A stretch of DNA of 64,000 bases from Gammaproteobacteria bacterium (lineage in GTDB: Bacteria; Pseudomonadota; Gammaproteobacteria; Pseudomonadales; Halieaceae): NCBI GenBank assembly GCA_024644535.1, contig JAHEKX010000004.1, positions 41,259 through 105,258 on the forward strand, written 5' to 3'. Shown one piece after another: positions 16,380-32,657 of this stretch. The notes beneath the pieces were generated by a model. The model made no database searches, was not told where the DNA came from, and was given only the letters and a program-made list of their open reading frames with translations. Both the position numbers and the translations under genes were made by a program. Each line of letters begins with the position of its first letter. The first letter of the stretch is position 1.

Positions 16380-18182
16380 TTAGGATACCGCAAACAATGC
16401 CTCTGGCATTTGCATCAAGGGCTCTGAGCCCCCGTCAATGGCCAGTTTGTGGCCCTGAGCTCGCGGCAATAAACGCTTAAAGTAGAATTCTGCTGTCATT
16501 AACTTGGCGCGCAGAAAATCTGCGTCTCCCGCGCGATCAGGATCATCAAGCAAACGCGCCGCCGTGCTGGCGAGTTGCGCCCAAAAGTACGCGAGTACAA
16601 CGTAGCCACTGTACATAAGGTAATCGACCGAGGCAGCACCTGCTTCGTCTGCGTTATGCATCGCTTTTTCGCCAATACTGAGCGATAAGGTCAACCACTC
16701 ATCTTTTAGAGTATTCACTGTACTAATGTAATCGGCCACTTGCTCAGGATGCCCGCTCTGACAAAACTCATCCATGATGGCCGTAAAATCCATTAACAAT
16801 TTGCCACCACTACCCAACACTTTGCGACCAATCAAGTCCATCGCCTGAACACCGGTGGTACCCTCGTACAGCATGGCGATACGCGCATCACGCACAATTT
16901 GCTCCATCCCCCATTCGCGGATGTAGCCGTGACCACCTAAGACTTGTACGCCATGATTTGCCGCCTCAAAGCCTAGCTCGGTAACAAACGCTTTAGCAAT
17001 TGGCGTCAACAAGGCCATTAAATTATCGGCGCGCTTGGCTTGCTCTTCGTTGCCGGCGCGCATAACGTCACCCTGCATTGCTAAGAAAAACAAAAATGCT
17101 CGGCTGCCCTCGGCAATAGCGCGCTGCGTTAATAGCATACGTCGAACATCAGGATGAACCAGAATCGGATCTGCGGGACCGTCGGGGTTTTTAGCGCCTG
17201 TGAGCGAACGCATAGCCAGACGCTCGCGCGCGTAGTTGAAGGCACCTTGATAGGCTAATTCAGCATGACATAAACCTTGCACCGCAGTGCCCAAGCGCGC
17301 AGCGTTCATAAAGGTGAACATGCAGTTAAGACCACGATTTTCAGGGCCGATCAAATAGCCTTTAGCACCGTCAAAGTTCATGACACAAGTGGCAGAGGCT
17401 TTAATACCCATCTTCGATTCAATCGATGCACAATTGACCGAATTACGCTCGCCCAAGCTGCCGTCTTCATTAACGTTGACCTTAGGTACCACAAACAGCG
17501 AAATGCCTTTTGTGCCGTCGGGCGCTCCTTCAATTCGTGCAATAACAATGTGCACAATATTTTCAGCCATATCGTGCTCGCCGGCACTGATAAAGATTTT
17601 TGTTCCGTGCAGCGAAAAACTGCCATCGTCATTACGAACCGCTTTGGTGCGCAGTAAGCCTAAGTCGGTTCCGCAATGCGGTTCCGTAAGACACATCGTG
17701 CCGGTCCACTCACCGGAGATCAGGCGAGTTAAGTAGCGTTGTTTTTGCTCTTCGCTGCCGTGTTCTTCCAGCGTTTTAATTGCACCATGGCTTAAGCCGG
17801 GGTACATCGACCAGGCCCAGTTTGCGGTGCCCGTAAGTTCGCTCATGCACAAACCGAGTGTATTCGGCATACCCTGACCGCCGTATTCAACGTCAGCGGC
17901 TAACGAAGGCCAACCGCCCTGAACGTATTGATCATACGCTTGAGCAAATCCAGCGGGTGTTTTAACGCCCTCGGCACTCCATCGGCAACCTTCTTCGTCG
18001 CCTGACTCATTTAAAGGCGCAATCACGTCTTCACAGAATTTAGCACCTTGCTCCAAGATGGCGTCGATTAAGTCTGCACTGACGTCCTCAAAAGTAGGTA
18101 AAGAGGCGTACAGGTCATCAACACCTAAGACATCATGAAGTACAAACTGCAGATCTCGTGTGGGCGCTTTGTAGGTAGGCAT
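16380..18182 (-). CDS. Long-form acyl-CoA dehydrogenase (FadE/DmdC-like, ~600 aa)
   Basis: ORF track 600 aa. The N-terminus MPTYKAPTRDLQFVLHDVL is typical of the long acyl-CoA dehydrogenases with extra N- and C-terminal domains. Confidence 0.9.
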   Translation of the reverse strand: MPTYKAPTRDLQFVLHDVLGVDDLYASLPTFEDVSADLIDAILEQGAKFCEDVIAPLNESGDEEGCRWSAEGVKTPAGFAQAYDQYVQGGWPSLAADVEYGGQGMPNTLGLCMSELTGTANWAWSMYPGLSHGAIKTLEEHGSEEQKQRYLTRLISGEWTGTMCLTEPHCGTDLGLLRTKAVRNDDGSFSLHGTKIFISAGEHDMAENIVHIVIARIEGAPDGTKGISLFVVPKVNVNEDGSLGERNSVNCASIESKMGIKASATCVMNFDGAKGYLIGPENRGLNCMFTFMNAARLGTAVQGLCHAELAYQGAFNYARERLAMRSLTGAKNPDGPADPILVHPDVRRMLLTQRAIAEGSRAFLFFLAMQGDVMRAGNEEQAKRADNLMALLTPIAKAFVTELGFEAANHGVQVLGGHGYIREWGMEQIVRDARIAMLYEGTTGVQAMDLIGRKVLGSGGKLLMDFTAIMDEFCQSGHPEQVADYISTVNTLKDEWLTLSLSIGEKAMHNADEAGAASVDYLMYSGYVVLAYFWAQLASTAARLLDDPDRAGDADFLRAKLMTAEFYFKRLLPRAQGHKLAIDGGSEPLMQMPEALFAVS

Positions 18183-18399
18183 ATTCGGTTCCTCGACTCT
18201 ATGTTAACAGCAGCAACATTGTGCTGACGAGACCATTATAGTCAAGTTAATTGGGTTTGAAATGGCACTAATTACTAATTAAAAGTACCACCCACACAGT
18301 ACGTTACTGATGAAACATTAGAAGATAAGATCTGCTTTGAAAGCAAAACCGCGCGCACCGCATGGCACACTAAGTGGGGTTAACCGAAAGGATCTGCGT

Positions 18400-19146
18400 A
18401 TGCGCCTACAGCAACACTCTAGCTGGCTACTAAACACCCTCTTACCCAAAATATGTCGATTGTGTCAGCAACATTCTGATACCGACCACATGCTGTGCTC
18501 GTTTTGTAAAGACAGTCTTGTGCCAAACTCACCTGCCTGTATTCGATGCGGAGAATATCTGCCAACATCGGTAATGCAAGGTTGCCCATACTGCACACCT
18601 GAATTATTCGCTTTCGACGCCTGCCACGCACCGTGGAAATACAGCGAGGGGTTACGCTACCTGATTCATCGATGGAAATTTGTAAAAACCACCAACCTGA
18701 CATCTGCTCTGGCGGACTTACTGCTCGAAGGGCTAGAAACCAACCCTATCATCGACGCGCTGGTACCCATGCCGTTGCACTGGCGCAGAACCTGGCAACG
18801 CGGTTATAACCAATGCGCACTCTTGGCCCAGCGCGCATCCAAAGAGCTCGAGATTCCAACGCACAGCGTGCTGAGCTGCACTATGTACCAGGCGCCACAA
18901 CACAAAGCCGCTCATCGCCATGCGCGACACCTTTCGTCTAAACACTTTCATTGCGAGCAAAACCTTAAGGGCTTACGATTAGCCTTGATCGATGATGTAA
19001 TAACAACGGGGCAAACTGCCCACCGGGCCGCGCAATGCCTAAAAACCGCCGGCGCTGAACACGTAGCGATTTGGTGTATTGCCAAAACGCCCAAGCCAGG
19101 AGCACCATGCCCCAGTACTGCCTCGCAATTCTATGTTATGCACTAA
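18400..19146 (+). CDS. comF: ComF-family protein (phosphoribosyltransferase domain, N-terminal Cys-rich zinc-finger-like region)
   Basis: ORF track 269 aa, trimmed to ATG 18400. Has CxxC pairs (CRLCQQ..., CSFCKD, CIRCGE, CPYCTP) and the PRTase motif LIDDVITTGQT. Confidence 0.75.
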   Translation: MRLQQHSSWLLNTLLPKICRLCQQHSDTDHMLCSFCKDSLVPNSPACIRCGEYLPTSVMQGCPYCTPELFAFDACHAPWKYSEGLRYLIHRWKFVKTTNLTSALADLLLEGLETNPIIDALVPMPLHWRRTWQRGYNQCALLAQRASKELEIPTHSVLSCTMYQAPQHKAAHRHARHLSSKHFHCEQNLKGLRLALIDDVITTGQTAHRAAQCLKTAGAEHVAIWCIAKTPKPGAPCPSTASQFYVMH

Positions 19147-19808
19147 CCGCAATGGCTCCATTTGCACATGCATCAAGCTTGCGTGTTGCTGTGGCATCAA
19201 ACTTTGTACCGGTACTCGAAGCTTTGGCCAAAGACGTACCGCCACCTGATGAAATTACGGTAATCTCCGGCGCCACCGGTGCTCTTAGCAATCAAATACT
19301 AATGGGCGCACCCTTTGATGTTCTGCTCGCTGCCGATAAAGAAAGACCGACTAGACTTGCACACCTCAGACAACTAAAAGCCCCTATCTGTTATGCTCAA
19401 GGACATCTTGTGCTGATGGGCGCCCAAGCTCTTTCGGATCTGGAGGCAGGTGGACGTATAGCTATCGCCAACCCCTCAACAGCACCCTATGGGCGGGCCG
19501 GGGAAGAAGTACTGCAACGCGCCAAAGTTCCGTCTCTACAAGTGATTCAAGGTAACAACGCACAACAGGCCTATCAATTTAAAGCTAGTGGCAACGTAAA
19601 CTTTGCTTTAGTGCCAGCATCTTTGGCTGAGGGTATAGTCATTCCCAGTGATTGGTACAGTCCAATACAGCAATTTGCCGTTTCCGTCAGAAACGCAGGA
19701 CACATCAACCACCAAAGCGCCGAAGCCTTTCTGTTGTGGCTATCAAGCGAACAGGTACAATCACGCTTAAGCCAATACGGTTATAGCCGCTGCCAACATG
19801 ACTCTTGA
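19107..19808 (+). CDS. modA: Molybdate ABC transporter substrate-binding protein
   Basis: ORF track 245 aa, trimmed to ATG 19107 with AGGAG 5 nt upstream. This start gives a signal peptide MPQYCLAILCYALTAMAPFAHA|SS. ModA-like sequence, followed by modB and modC. Confidence 0.85.
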   Translation: MPQYCLAILCYALTAMAPFAHASSLRVAVASNFVPVLEALAKDVPPPDEITVISGATGALSNQILMGAPFDVLLAADKERPTRLAHLRQLKAPICYAQGHLVLMGAQALSDLEAGGRIAIANPSTAPYGRAGEEVLQRAKVPSLQVIQGNNAQQAYQFKASGNVNFALVPASLAEGIVIPSDWYSPIQQFAVSVRNAGHINHQSAEAFLLWLSSEQVQSRLSQYGYSRCQHDS

Positions 19809-20475
19809 TGTACTAACAATAACGCTCAAGTTAGCCTCGGTAACAACACTGATCCTATTGTTGTTATCACCCCCGATCGCATGGTGGTTAAGCCGAGGGC
19901 ACTCGTGGTCAAGATCGATTATCGAGGCGATAGTGGCGCTTCCGCTGGTACTGCCGCCTACAGTTTTGGGGTTTTACTTACTCATTTTTTTCGCACCCGA
20001 TACAGCGCTTGGTCAGTTGTGGCTAACACTTACCGGCTCACCCTTGAGCTTTAGTTTTTCAGCACTAGTAATTGGCTCGGTGATTTACTCGATTCCGTTT
20101 GTGGTGCAACCTCTACAAAGCGCTTTTCAGCAAATTCCGGTCGGCATACTCGAGTCTGCGTCATCACTGGGTGCAACACCTTTGGATCGATTCGTCAGTA
20201 TTGTGATGCCCATGTGCAAACGAAGTTTTATTACCGCGGGCTGCCTGGGGTTTGCACACACAGTGGGTGAGTTTGGGGTGGTACTGATGATAGGTGGCAA
20301 TATTCCCGGCGAGACGCAGGTTCTTTCGATTGCCTTATTCGACTCGGTCGAGAGACTCAATTTTGCCGAAGCACACGCCGTTGCCGGTGGTTTGTTAATG
20401 TTTTCCTTAGTTGTGTTAATCAGCCTGTATCGCCTGAACCCTGCCAACACTAATTCTTCGTGGGTAAGCCGATGA
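19798..20475 (+). CDS. modB: Molybdate ABC transporter permease
   Basis: ORF track 225 aa, a multi-TM BPD-transport permease. It overlaps the modA stop by 11 nt. Confidence 0.9.
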   Translation: MTLDVLTITLKLASVTTLILLLLSPPIAWWLSRGHSWSRSIIEAIVALPLVLPPTVLGFYLLIFFAPDTALGQLWLTLTGSPLSFSFSALVIGSVIYSIPFVVQPLQSAFQQIPVGILESASSLGATPLDRFVSIVMPMCKRSFITAGCLGFAHTVGEFGVVLMIGGNIPGETQVLSIALFDSVERLNFAEAHAVAGGLLMFSLVVLISLYRLNPANTNSSWVSR

Positions 20476-20524
20476 GACCCAGCGCTATGCCTTATGCAGT
20501 GCACGACCAGATCGAGCCCGAGCA

Positions 20525-21562
20525 ATGAGCCTAGTGTTTAAGGCTAGCAATGACATGGCCTCTGCAGAGCTTGAGCTGGCGTTTAAAGATCGCGCTTGCA
20601 CAGTAATTTTTGGCCCCAGCGGAAGCGGCAAGACCAGCCTGCTACGCGCCATCGCGGGGCTACCAAGCCCATTGGCGGTTACAGAGCTCACTGTAAATGG
20701 CGCAAATATTCGTCACTTGGCCCCGCATCAACGCCCCATCGTCCTGAGCGCACAGAACGCAGCCTTATTCCCACATTTGGATGTGCAGCAAAACTTAGTC
20801 TATGGACTCAAAAGGCGGTATGAATACACTCCTGACATACAGAAAGTCGTCGAGCGTTTAGGCTTAAGCACGTTGCTTAAGCGAAAGCCCGCGAGCTTGT
20901 CGGGCGGCGAGGCACAGCGCGTGGCATTAGGGCGAGCATTACTGTCAAATCCATTATGGCTGTTGCTAGACGAGCCGCTGACCAATCTCGATCAAAATGC
21001 GCGTAAAGATATCGTCCGGTTTTTGAACGACTGGCGCAAGCAGCGCCAAATCGGTGTTATTTATGTCACTCATGATATCCCAGAAGCGTTAGCGATCGCG
21101 GATCAGGTCATCACCTTAGCAAAGGGCAAACTCCTAAAATCTGGCGACCCCGACGTCCTGTTAGGCTACCAAGATCCGCAGCAAGAGCTCAGCACTGTTG
21201 TGTCCGCCCGTCTGTCGCAACATCATAAACAGGACAAATTGAGCGAACTGCTACTCGACGGAAATCGGTTACTAATACCCGAGATCACAACAGTGGACGG
21301 CACTAAAACGTTGTATCTTCAAATCGCAGCTAAAGATGTCAGCCTCGCTTTACAGCGCCCACAGCGGACTAGCATCTTAAACCTACTGCCGTGCACCGTC
21401 AGTAAGATCGAAATTAGCCGTGAAGCTAGCGCGACCATTACACTGAACTTGGGCTCTCAACACTTGCTGGCCAAAGTTACGCGCCGCTCAGTTCGCGAAC
21501 TTGACTTGCAGGTTGGGCAAAAAGTATGGGCTCAGGTTAAGGGTATCTCGCTACAAACCTAA
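20525..21562 (+). CDS. modC: Molybdate ABC transporter ATP-binding protein with C-terminal TOBE/Mop-like domain
   Basis: ORF track 345 aa. Walker A GPSGSGKTS, signature LSGGEAQRVALGRAL, Walker B LLLDEP, and a C-terminal extension of ~120 aa. Confidence 0.9.
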   Translation: MSLVFKASNDMASAELELAFKDRACTVIFGPSGSGKTSLLRAIAGLPSPLAVTELTVNGANIRHLAPHQRPIVLSAQNAALFPHLDVQQNLVYGLKRRYEYTPDIQKVVERLGLSTLLKRKPASLSGGEAQRVALGRALLSNPLWLLLDEPLTNLDQNARKDIVRFLNDWRKQRQIGVIYVTHDIPEALAIADQVITLAKGKLLKSGDPDVLLGYQDPQQELSTVVSARLSQHHKQDKLSELLLDGNRLLIPEITTVDGTKTLYLQIAAKDVSLALQRPQRTSILNLLPCTVSKIEISREASATITLNLGSQHLLAKVTRRSVRELDLQVGQKVWAQVKGISLQT

Positions 21563-22287
21563 GATTTTTTACGCCCGGCGGGATAAATAGTCTCTAAGAA
21601 CCACTGCCACGTGGTGTTGTCTTTTAGCACGGCCCGATCAATACCATCAAAGAAGTCAATAACACCTTGCGGATCACGAAAATGATCCATTCGTGTGACC
21701 ATCTCACGCTCGGGGTCCAGATGTTTTACGATTTTCGCAGGGTTGCCTGCCACCACCACATTGGCAGGTACCGGTTGCGTTACAACCGCGCCAGCGCCAA
21801 CCACAGAGTTATCGCCGATGGTGACCCCTTTCAAAATGGTCGCATGGTCCCCAATCCAAACATTATCGCCAATATGAACGGGGCGAGGCTCTGGGTCTCG
21901 AGCGTTGCGATCGTACAGTGTATGCCAATCAGAGTCAGTGACGTAGGCGCCGTTCGCCATCATTACGCCGTCGCCAATACGAATTTCATCGCTGGCACTT
22001 ATTCGCACACCGGGCGACAACAAAGCTGCATCTCCGATAACCAGCGTACCGAGTCCAGCATCGCGTCCCCACACACCCAACTCGACCCGATGCGAGGGCT
22101 CGCCAATGGCCGTCAGACTATGACCAATATGAATATTAGGGCCAGAGATCTTCACATACCAAGGCTTCATTACCGTATGGTATGGGCCCAGTGACGCACA
22201 CTCGGGCCGCAGAAAGTATTCGGTGTACCAATGACGAAACTGCAAATGCAGCTTTTTCAGCCAATACGGGCGGTTATCTTGCTTCAC
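21559..22287 (-). CDS. Hexapeptide-repeat (left-handed beta-helix) acyl/acetyltransferase
   Basis: ORF track 242 aa with hexapeptide repeats IGDNVWIGDHATILKGVTIGDNSVVGAGAVV...VVAGNPAKIV. Confidence 0.75.
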   Translation of the reverse strand: MKQDNRPYWLKKLHLQFRHWYTEYFLRPECASLGPYHTVMKPWYVKISGPNIHIGHSLTAIGEPSHRVELGVWGRDAGLGTLVIGDAALLSPGVRISASDEIRIGDGVMMANGAYVTDSDWHTLYDRNARDPEPRPVHIGDNVWIGDHATILKGVTIGDNSVVGAGAVVTQPVPANVVVAGNPAKIVKHLDPEREMVTRMDHFRDPQGVIDFFDGIDRAVLKDNTTWQWFLETIYPAGRKKS

Positions 22288-22364
22288 GCTTACCTCAAAT
22301 CTCGGGGGCTTATTGACACCGTCGCTCGGTGAATTGCGCTATGATGACAGTGACTATCTATTAG

Positions 22365-23042
22365 GTGCAAGTACAAGCCGTGACCAAGATCGGAAACTCG
22401 AAACCCGTTTCAAGCAACCAGCTGGGAATGCATGAAAACCTCGATGACATCGTGACCAAGCACCTTAGCACAAGCGACCAAACACCTATTCCCGACTTCG
22501 TGCGAGACAGTTTCGTCATCATCACCAAAACACTGTATCAAACCGGGCTGCCATTGTGGCTAGATTCGTTTTGCGGCACCGGCATCAGCACACGAAAAAT
22601 CGCCGAACAAAATCCCAATTTTTGCGTTATTGGCGTTGATCAGTCACAGCAGCGCTTAAGTGCCGAGCCAGCGCCCGAGCTCGACAACTGCCTACTAGTC
22701 CGCAGCGACTGTGAAGCGCTGTGGCGACTTATGGCCACGAGCAAATTACACGCTCGCAAACATACACTGTTCTACCCAAACCCTTGGCCTAAGGCCTCGC
22801 AATTTAAACGCCGCGTACACGGTCATGCCAGCTTCAAAGCACTGCTCGAGATTTCGCAACACCTTGAATTGCGCACAAATTGGGAAATTTACGCCCGCGA
22901 ATTTTCTAAGGCGCTGACCATTGCCAGTCGACCGACAGAGTTAAGACCCTTCCTACCACAAGAACCAATAACACGGTTCGAGGCAAAATATGTTGCCAGT
23001 AAGCACAAGCTGTGGCGGGTTTGCTCGAATACCAGCTCGTGA
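22365..23042 (+). CDS. TrmB-like SAM-dependent methyltransferase (Methyltransf_4 family)
   Basis: ORF track 225 aa with a GTG start. FCGTGISTRKIA resembles a SAM-binding motif and LFYPNPWPKASQFKRR parallels the TrmB FPDPWHKxRHxKRR motif. The start is uncertain; ATG 22428 is an alternative. Confidence 0.55.
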   Translation: MQVQAVTKIGNSKPVSSNQLGMHENLDDIVTKHLSTSDQTPIPDFVRDSFVIITKTLYQTGLPLWLDSFCGTGISTRKIAEQNPNFCVIGVDQSQQRLSAEPAPELDNCLLVRSDCEALWRLMATSKLHARKHTLFYPNPWPKASQFKRRVHGHASFKALLEISQHLELRTNWEIYAREFSKALTIASRPTELRPFLPQEPITRFEAKYVASKHKLWRVCSNTSS

Positions 23043-23090
23043 CCTTCACCTTTGTTTGCGTTAGAGTGAGCGCCTAATTTAGGAGGACGC

Positions 23091-23882
23091 ATGACTCAGG
23101 CCAACGATCCAGTATGGGAACGCATACGCCAAGAAGCTGCGCATGAGGCTCAGCAAGAGCCCATTCTCGCCAGCTTTTTCCACGCCACGATCTTAAACCA
23201 CCGTGAGCTGGAGTGCGCCCTAAGTTTTCATTTAGCCAGCAAGCTTGACAGCCCCACTGTACATGCTCTATTGCTGCGAGAGGTCATCATGCAGGCCTTC
23301 GAAAGCGATCCAGAGCTGGGAATTGCAGTACGCCAAGACCTACTCGCGGTCGAAGAACGCGACTCCGCATGCCACAAGCTATCGGTGCCATTTTTACACT
23401 TTAAGGGGTTCCACGCCCTGCAAACCTATCGTGTAGCCAATTGGCTATGGCGTCAGGACCGGCAGTCTTTGGCCTTGTTCTTTCAAAACAGAATGTCTAG
23501 TGAATTCGATGTCGATATCCATCCGGCCGCTAGGTTGGGGCAGGGCATCATGCTCGATCACGCCACTGGTCTGGTCATTGGCGAAACCGCAGTCGTTGGA
23601 AATAACGTCTCGATTCTACAATCGGTAACCCTGGGTGGCACAGGCAAAGAAGACGGTGACCGGCATCCCAAGATCGGTAACGGCGTACTCATTAGCGCTG
23701 GCGCTAAAATATTAGGCAATATTACTGTAGGCGACGGTGCCAAGGTTGGGGCTGGCTCGGTTGTGCTAGACCACGTTCCACCCCACGTCACGGTGGCAGG
23801 CGTGCCCGCAAAAATTGTAGGGCGACCCGCTAGCAAGTCACCCGCACTGGAGATGGACCAGGGCTTCGATAACGCTCGTTAG
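23091..23882 (+). CDS. cysE: Serine O-acetyltransferase
   Basis: ORF track 263 aa. Has a SATase N-terminal domain plus hexapeptide repeats ([41 protein letters not shown]). AGGAGG lies 5 nt upstream. Confidence 0.9.
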   Translation: MTQANDPVWERIRQEAAHEAQQEPILASFFHATILNHRELECALSFHLASKLDSPTVHALLLREVIMQAFESDPELGIAVRQDLLAVEERDSACHKLSVPFLHFKGFHALQTYRVANWLWRQDRQSLALFFQNRMSSEFDVDIHPAARLGQGIMLDHATGLVIGETAVVGNNVSILQSVTLGGTGKEDGDRHPKIGNGVLISAGAKILGNITVGDGAKVGAGSVVLDHVPPHVTVAGVPAKIVGRPASKSPALEMDQGFDNAR

Positions 23883-24955
23883 CGAGAAACCGCCTGATGG
23901 TAGACAGGCGACAACTCGACAACCGCGTCGACAAAAGCTTTAACATGATCGGGGTTAACACCCGGCGTTACACCATGCCCGAGATTAAAAACGTGGCCCG
24001 ACCCGTGACCAAAGCTTTCTAGGATAGCTGCCACCTCTTCGCGAATTCGTGTCGGACTTGCGTACAAAATCGCTGGGTCCATGTTGCCCTGCAGGGCTAC
24101 TCGACCACCAATTTTCTGGCGAGCCGAACCGATATCCGTTGTCCAATCCAGTCCAACACAGTTTGCGCCGCAGTCTGCAATTGAAGACAACCACTGTCCA
24201 CCGTTCTTGGTAAAGACGATCACTGGAACTGTGCGACCGTCAGCCTCTTTCGTCAGTTGCGCGATAATACGTTGCATGTATTTCAGCGAGAATACCTTGT
24301 AGGCCGAGGCACTTAAGCTGCCACCCCAGGTATCAAAAATTTGCACCGCCTGCGCACCGGCAGCGATTTGCGCATTCAGGTAGTCGGCCACGGCATCCGC
24401 CAGCAAAGCCAGCAGCTTGTGCATCACTTCTGGCTGATCGTAGGCCATGGCTTTAACCCGAGCAAAATCTTTGCTACTGCCGCCTTCTACCATGTAGGTG
24501 GCCAGTGTCCACGGGCTGCCAGAAAAGCCAATCAAGGGCACTTCGCCATTGAGTTCGGAGCGGATAGCGCTGACCGCATCCATAACATAACTTAAGTCGT
24601 CAGACGCGCTAAAATCATTCAGGGCATCAATGTCTGCCTCAGAGCGCACCGTCTTATGAAATTTAGGCCCTTCACCCTCCTCAAAATACAAACCTAGACC
24701 CAAGGCATCGGGAATGGTCAGAATATCCGAGAACAGAATTGCCGCATCCATTGAGTAACGACGCAAAGGCTGCATGGTAACTTCGCATGCAAGTTCAGTG
24801 TTCTTGCACAGATCCAGAAAAGAGCCTGCCTGCGCGCGCGTTGCACGATATTCGGGCAAGTAACGACCCGCTTGACGCATCATCCAAATAGGTGTGCGAT
24901 CGACAGGTTGACGCATTAACGCGCGTAAAAAACGATCATTCTTTAAATTAGACAC
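23879..24955 (-). CDS. hemE: Uroporphyrinogen decarboxylase
   Basis: ORF track 417 aa overlaps gltD by 158 nt. Trimmed to GTG 24955, giving [36 protein letters not shown], the canonical HemE N-terminus, and 358 aa. Confidence 0.9.
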   Translation of the reverse strand: MSNLKNDRFLRALMRQPVDRTPIWMMRQAGRYLPEYRATRAQAGSFLDLCKNTELACEVTMQPLRRYSMDAAILFSDILTIPDALGLGLYFEEGEGPKFHKTVRSEADIDALNDFSASDDLSYVMDAVSAIRSELNGEVPLIGFSGSPWTLATYMVEGGSSKDFARVKAMAYDQPEVMHKLLALLADAVADYLNAQIAAGAQAVQIFDTWGGSLSASAYKVFSLKYMQRIIAQLTKEADGRTVPVIVFTKNGGQWLSSIADCGANCVGLDWTTDIGSARQKIGGRVALQGNMDPAILYASPTRIREEVAAILESFGHGSGHVFNLGHGVTPGVNPDHVKAFVDAVVELSPVYHQAVSR

Positions 24956-24974
24956 AAACTCGCTCGCTGAAAAG

Positions 24975-30868
<5,894 letters not shown>

Positions 30869-31036
30869 AGCTATTCCAATAAAGTTAACGGTTGTAGATA
30901 GTACGTGCGGAGCACTCCCCGCGTGAGGCTCAAGGGGCACTTCTTCTTAAGGGGAAGCGGATTTTACACGCTCTTAGGCATCTCGACAAACACAGGCCCA
31001 AAACTGTACAAGATTTGCCTCAAATTAGTAGGTTTA

Positions 31037-32119
31037 CTAGTCAATTAAAGCTACTAGTTCCGCCTCTGTAACGTCGTCAACAACAAGGGCAGCCCCCAGC
31101 GCGCCTAACAGCACAAAGCGCATTTGCCCATCGATCGCCTTTTTATCCAGAGCCATCAGGTCTATAAAGGTCTCTGACCTCATTTCTGTGGGCGCCCATA
31201 CAGGCAGCCCTAAGTCGACCAGAAGTTGCTCGAGCTCAACGACCAACTCGGCGTCAACCGAACCACGCAAAGCCGATAAACGCACCGCCATCACCATTCC
31301 CGCAGCAACGGCTTCTCCGTGCAACCAAGAGCCGTAGCCCATGTACGTCTCAATGGCATGCCCAAAGGTGTGCCCCAAGTTCAGAATCGCCCTCAGCCCC
31401 GATTCGCGCTCGTCGGCCGCTACGACCTCAGCTTTGATTTCACACGACCGCTGAATGGCGTAGCGCAAGGTGTCGCCATCTCGTGCGACGAGCTGGCTGC
31501 GGTTGGCACAAATCCATGCGTGAAATTCGGCGTCATAAATAAGACCGTACTTAACCACCTCAGCCAAACCCGCTGCATACTCGCGCGCACCAAGAGTCGA
31601 CAGAGTGCCGGTATCAATAACAACCGCGGTAGGCTGGTAAAAGGCACCGATCATGTTTTTACCCAACGAATGATTAACTGCAGTTTTGCCACCTACCGAG
31701 GAATCGACTTGAGCCAGCAGCGTCGTAGGTATCTGTATAAAGTTTACGCCGCGCTGATAGCAAGCGGCCGCAAAGCCTGTTATATCGCCTACAACACCAC
31801 CACCTAAGGCAACAAAAGTCGTGCTTCGGTTGTGTCGAGCAACCAACACTTGGTCAAAAATTTCACCCAAAGTCTGCCACGTTTTGTATTGCTCTCCATC
31901 AGGAATTATCACTGGTGTAACCAAAATACTATCTGGCAACTGTCCCAGCACAATATCGAGATACAGTGGCGCTATGGTTTCGTTAGTAATCACTACGACC
32001 TGTCGACTCTTTATCAAGCCCGCCAGCAAGCCTCTTGAGGTCAGCAAATTTTCACCAATGTGAATAGGATATCGGCGATCGCCAAGTTCGACGTATAATG
32101 TACTTTGCTGCTGTGACAT
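31037..32119 (-). CDS. aroB: 3-dehydroquinate synthase
   Basis: ORF track 360 aa, AroB-like (GGGVVGDITGFAAA, HTFGHAIE). Downstream of aroK. Confidence 0.95.
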   Translation of the reverse strand: MSQQQSTLYVELGDRRYPIHIGENLLTSRGLLAGLIKSRQVVVITNETIAPLYLDIVLGQLPDSILVTPVIIPDGEQYKTWQTLGEIFDQVLVARHNRSTTFVALGGGVVGDITGFAAACYQRGVNFIQIPTTLLAQVDSSVGGKTAVNHSLGKNMIGAFYQPTAVVIDTGTLSTLGAREYAAGLAEVVKYGLIYDAEFHAWICANRSQLVARDGDTLRYAIQRSCEIKAEVVAADERESGLRAILNLGHTFGHAIETYMGYGSWLHGEAVAAGMVMAVRLSALRGSVDAELVVELEQLLVDLGLPVWAPTEMRSETFIDLMALDKKAIDGQMRFVLLGALGAALVVDDVTEAELVALID

Positions 32120-32134
32120 GTTTTCGCTCGTGCG

Positions 32135-32647
32135 TTATAGAACTTGGTCACCGTATTGGCGAGCAAGCTTGGTGGCAATGGACCGAGAGTTAGCGCCATC
32201 GGTTTCAATCGTTTGAGTCGCAATGTCGCGATACAAAGGATCGCGAATAGTCATTAGGCGCTCGAGTACCTCTCGCGGATTCTCCGTTTGTAGCAGTGGA
32301 CGCTTGCGATCATTCGCGGTTCTGAGCAACTGCTCGTTTAAGGAGGCTCGTAAGTATACCACCTGCTTGGATTTTAATAAGACTCGATTTTCTTCGCGCA
32401 TAACGATACCACCACCAGTGGCAATAACGCCTGCAGACATGGCCAGCAGATCTTTAAGCACCTGAGTTTCGCGATCTCGAAAGCCTTGCTCGCCCTCAAC
32501 ATCGAAAATCCAAGGGATATCGGCACCCGTACGTGCTTCAATTTCGGCATCGCTATCTTTAAAAGGCAGATGCAATTTTTTTGCAAGCAAGGTGCCAACG
32601 GTGGTTTTGCCGGCCCCCATGGGGCCGACCAGAACAATCAAAGCCAT
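32135..32647 (-). CDS. aroK: Shikimate kinase
   Basis: ORF track 170 aa with P-loop GPMGAGKTTVG. Downstream of pilQ, as in pseudomonads. Confidence 0.95.
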   Translation of the reverse strand: MALIVLVGPMGAGKTTVGTLLAKKLHLPFKDSDAEIEARTGADIPWIFDVEGEQGFRDRETQVLKDLLAMSAGVIATGGGIVMREENRVLLKSKQVVYLRASLNEQLLRTANDRKRPLLQTENPREVLERLMTIRDPLYRDIATQTIETDGANSRSIATKLARQYGDQVL

Positions 32648-32657
32648 ACTAACAGCT

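Noticed and set aside
22313-22345. Perfect sigma-70 hexamers TTGACA (22313-22318) and TATGAT (22340-22345) upstream of the TrmB-like gene.
   Set aside because: The spacer is 21 nt, too long for a functional sigma-70 promoter using both hexamers, so I did not call it.
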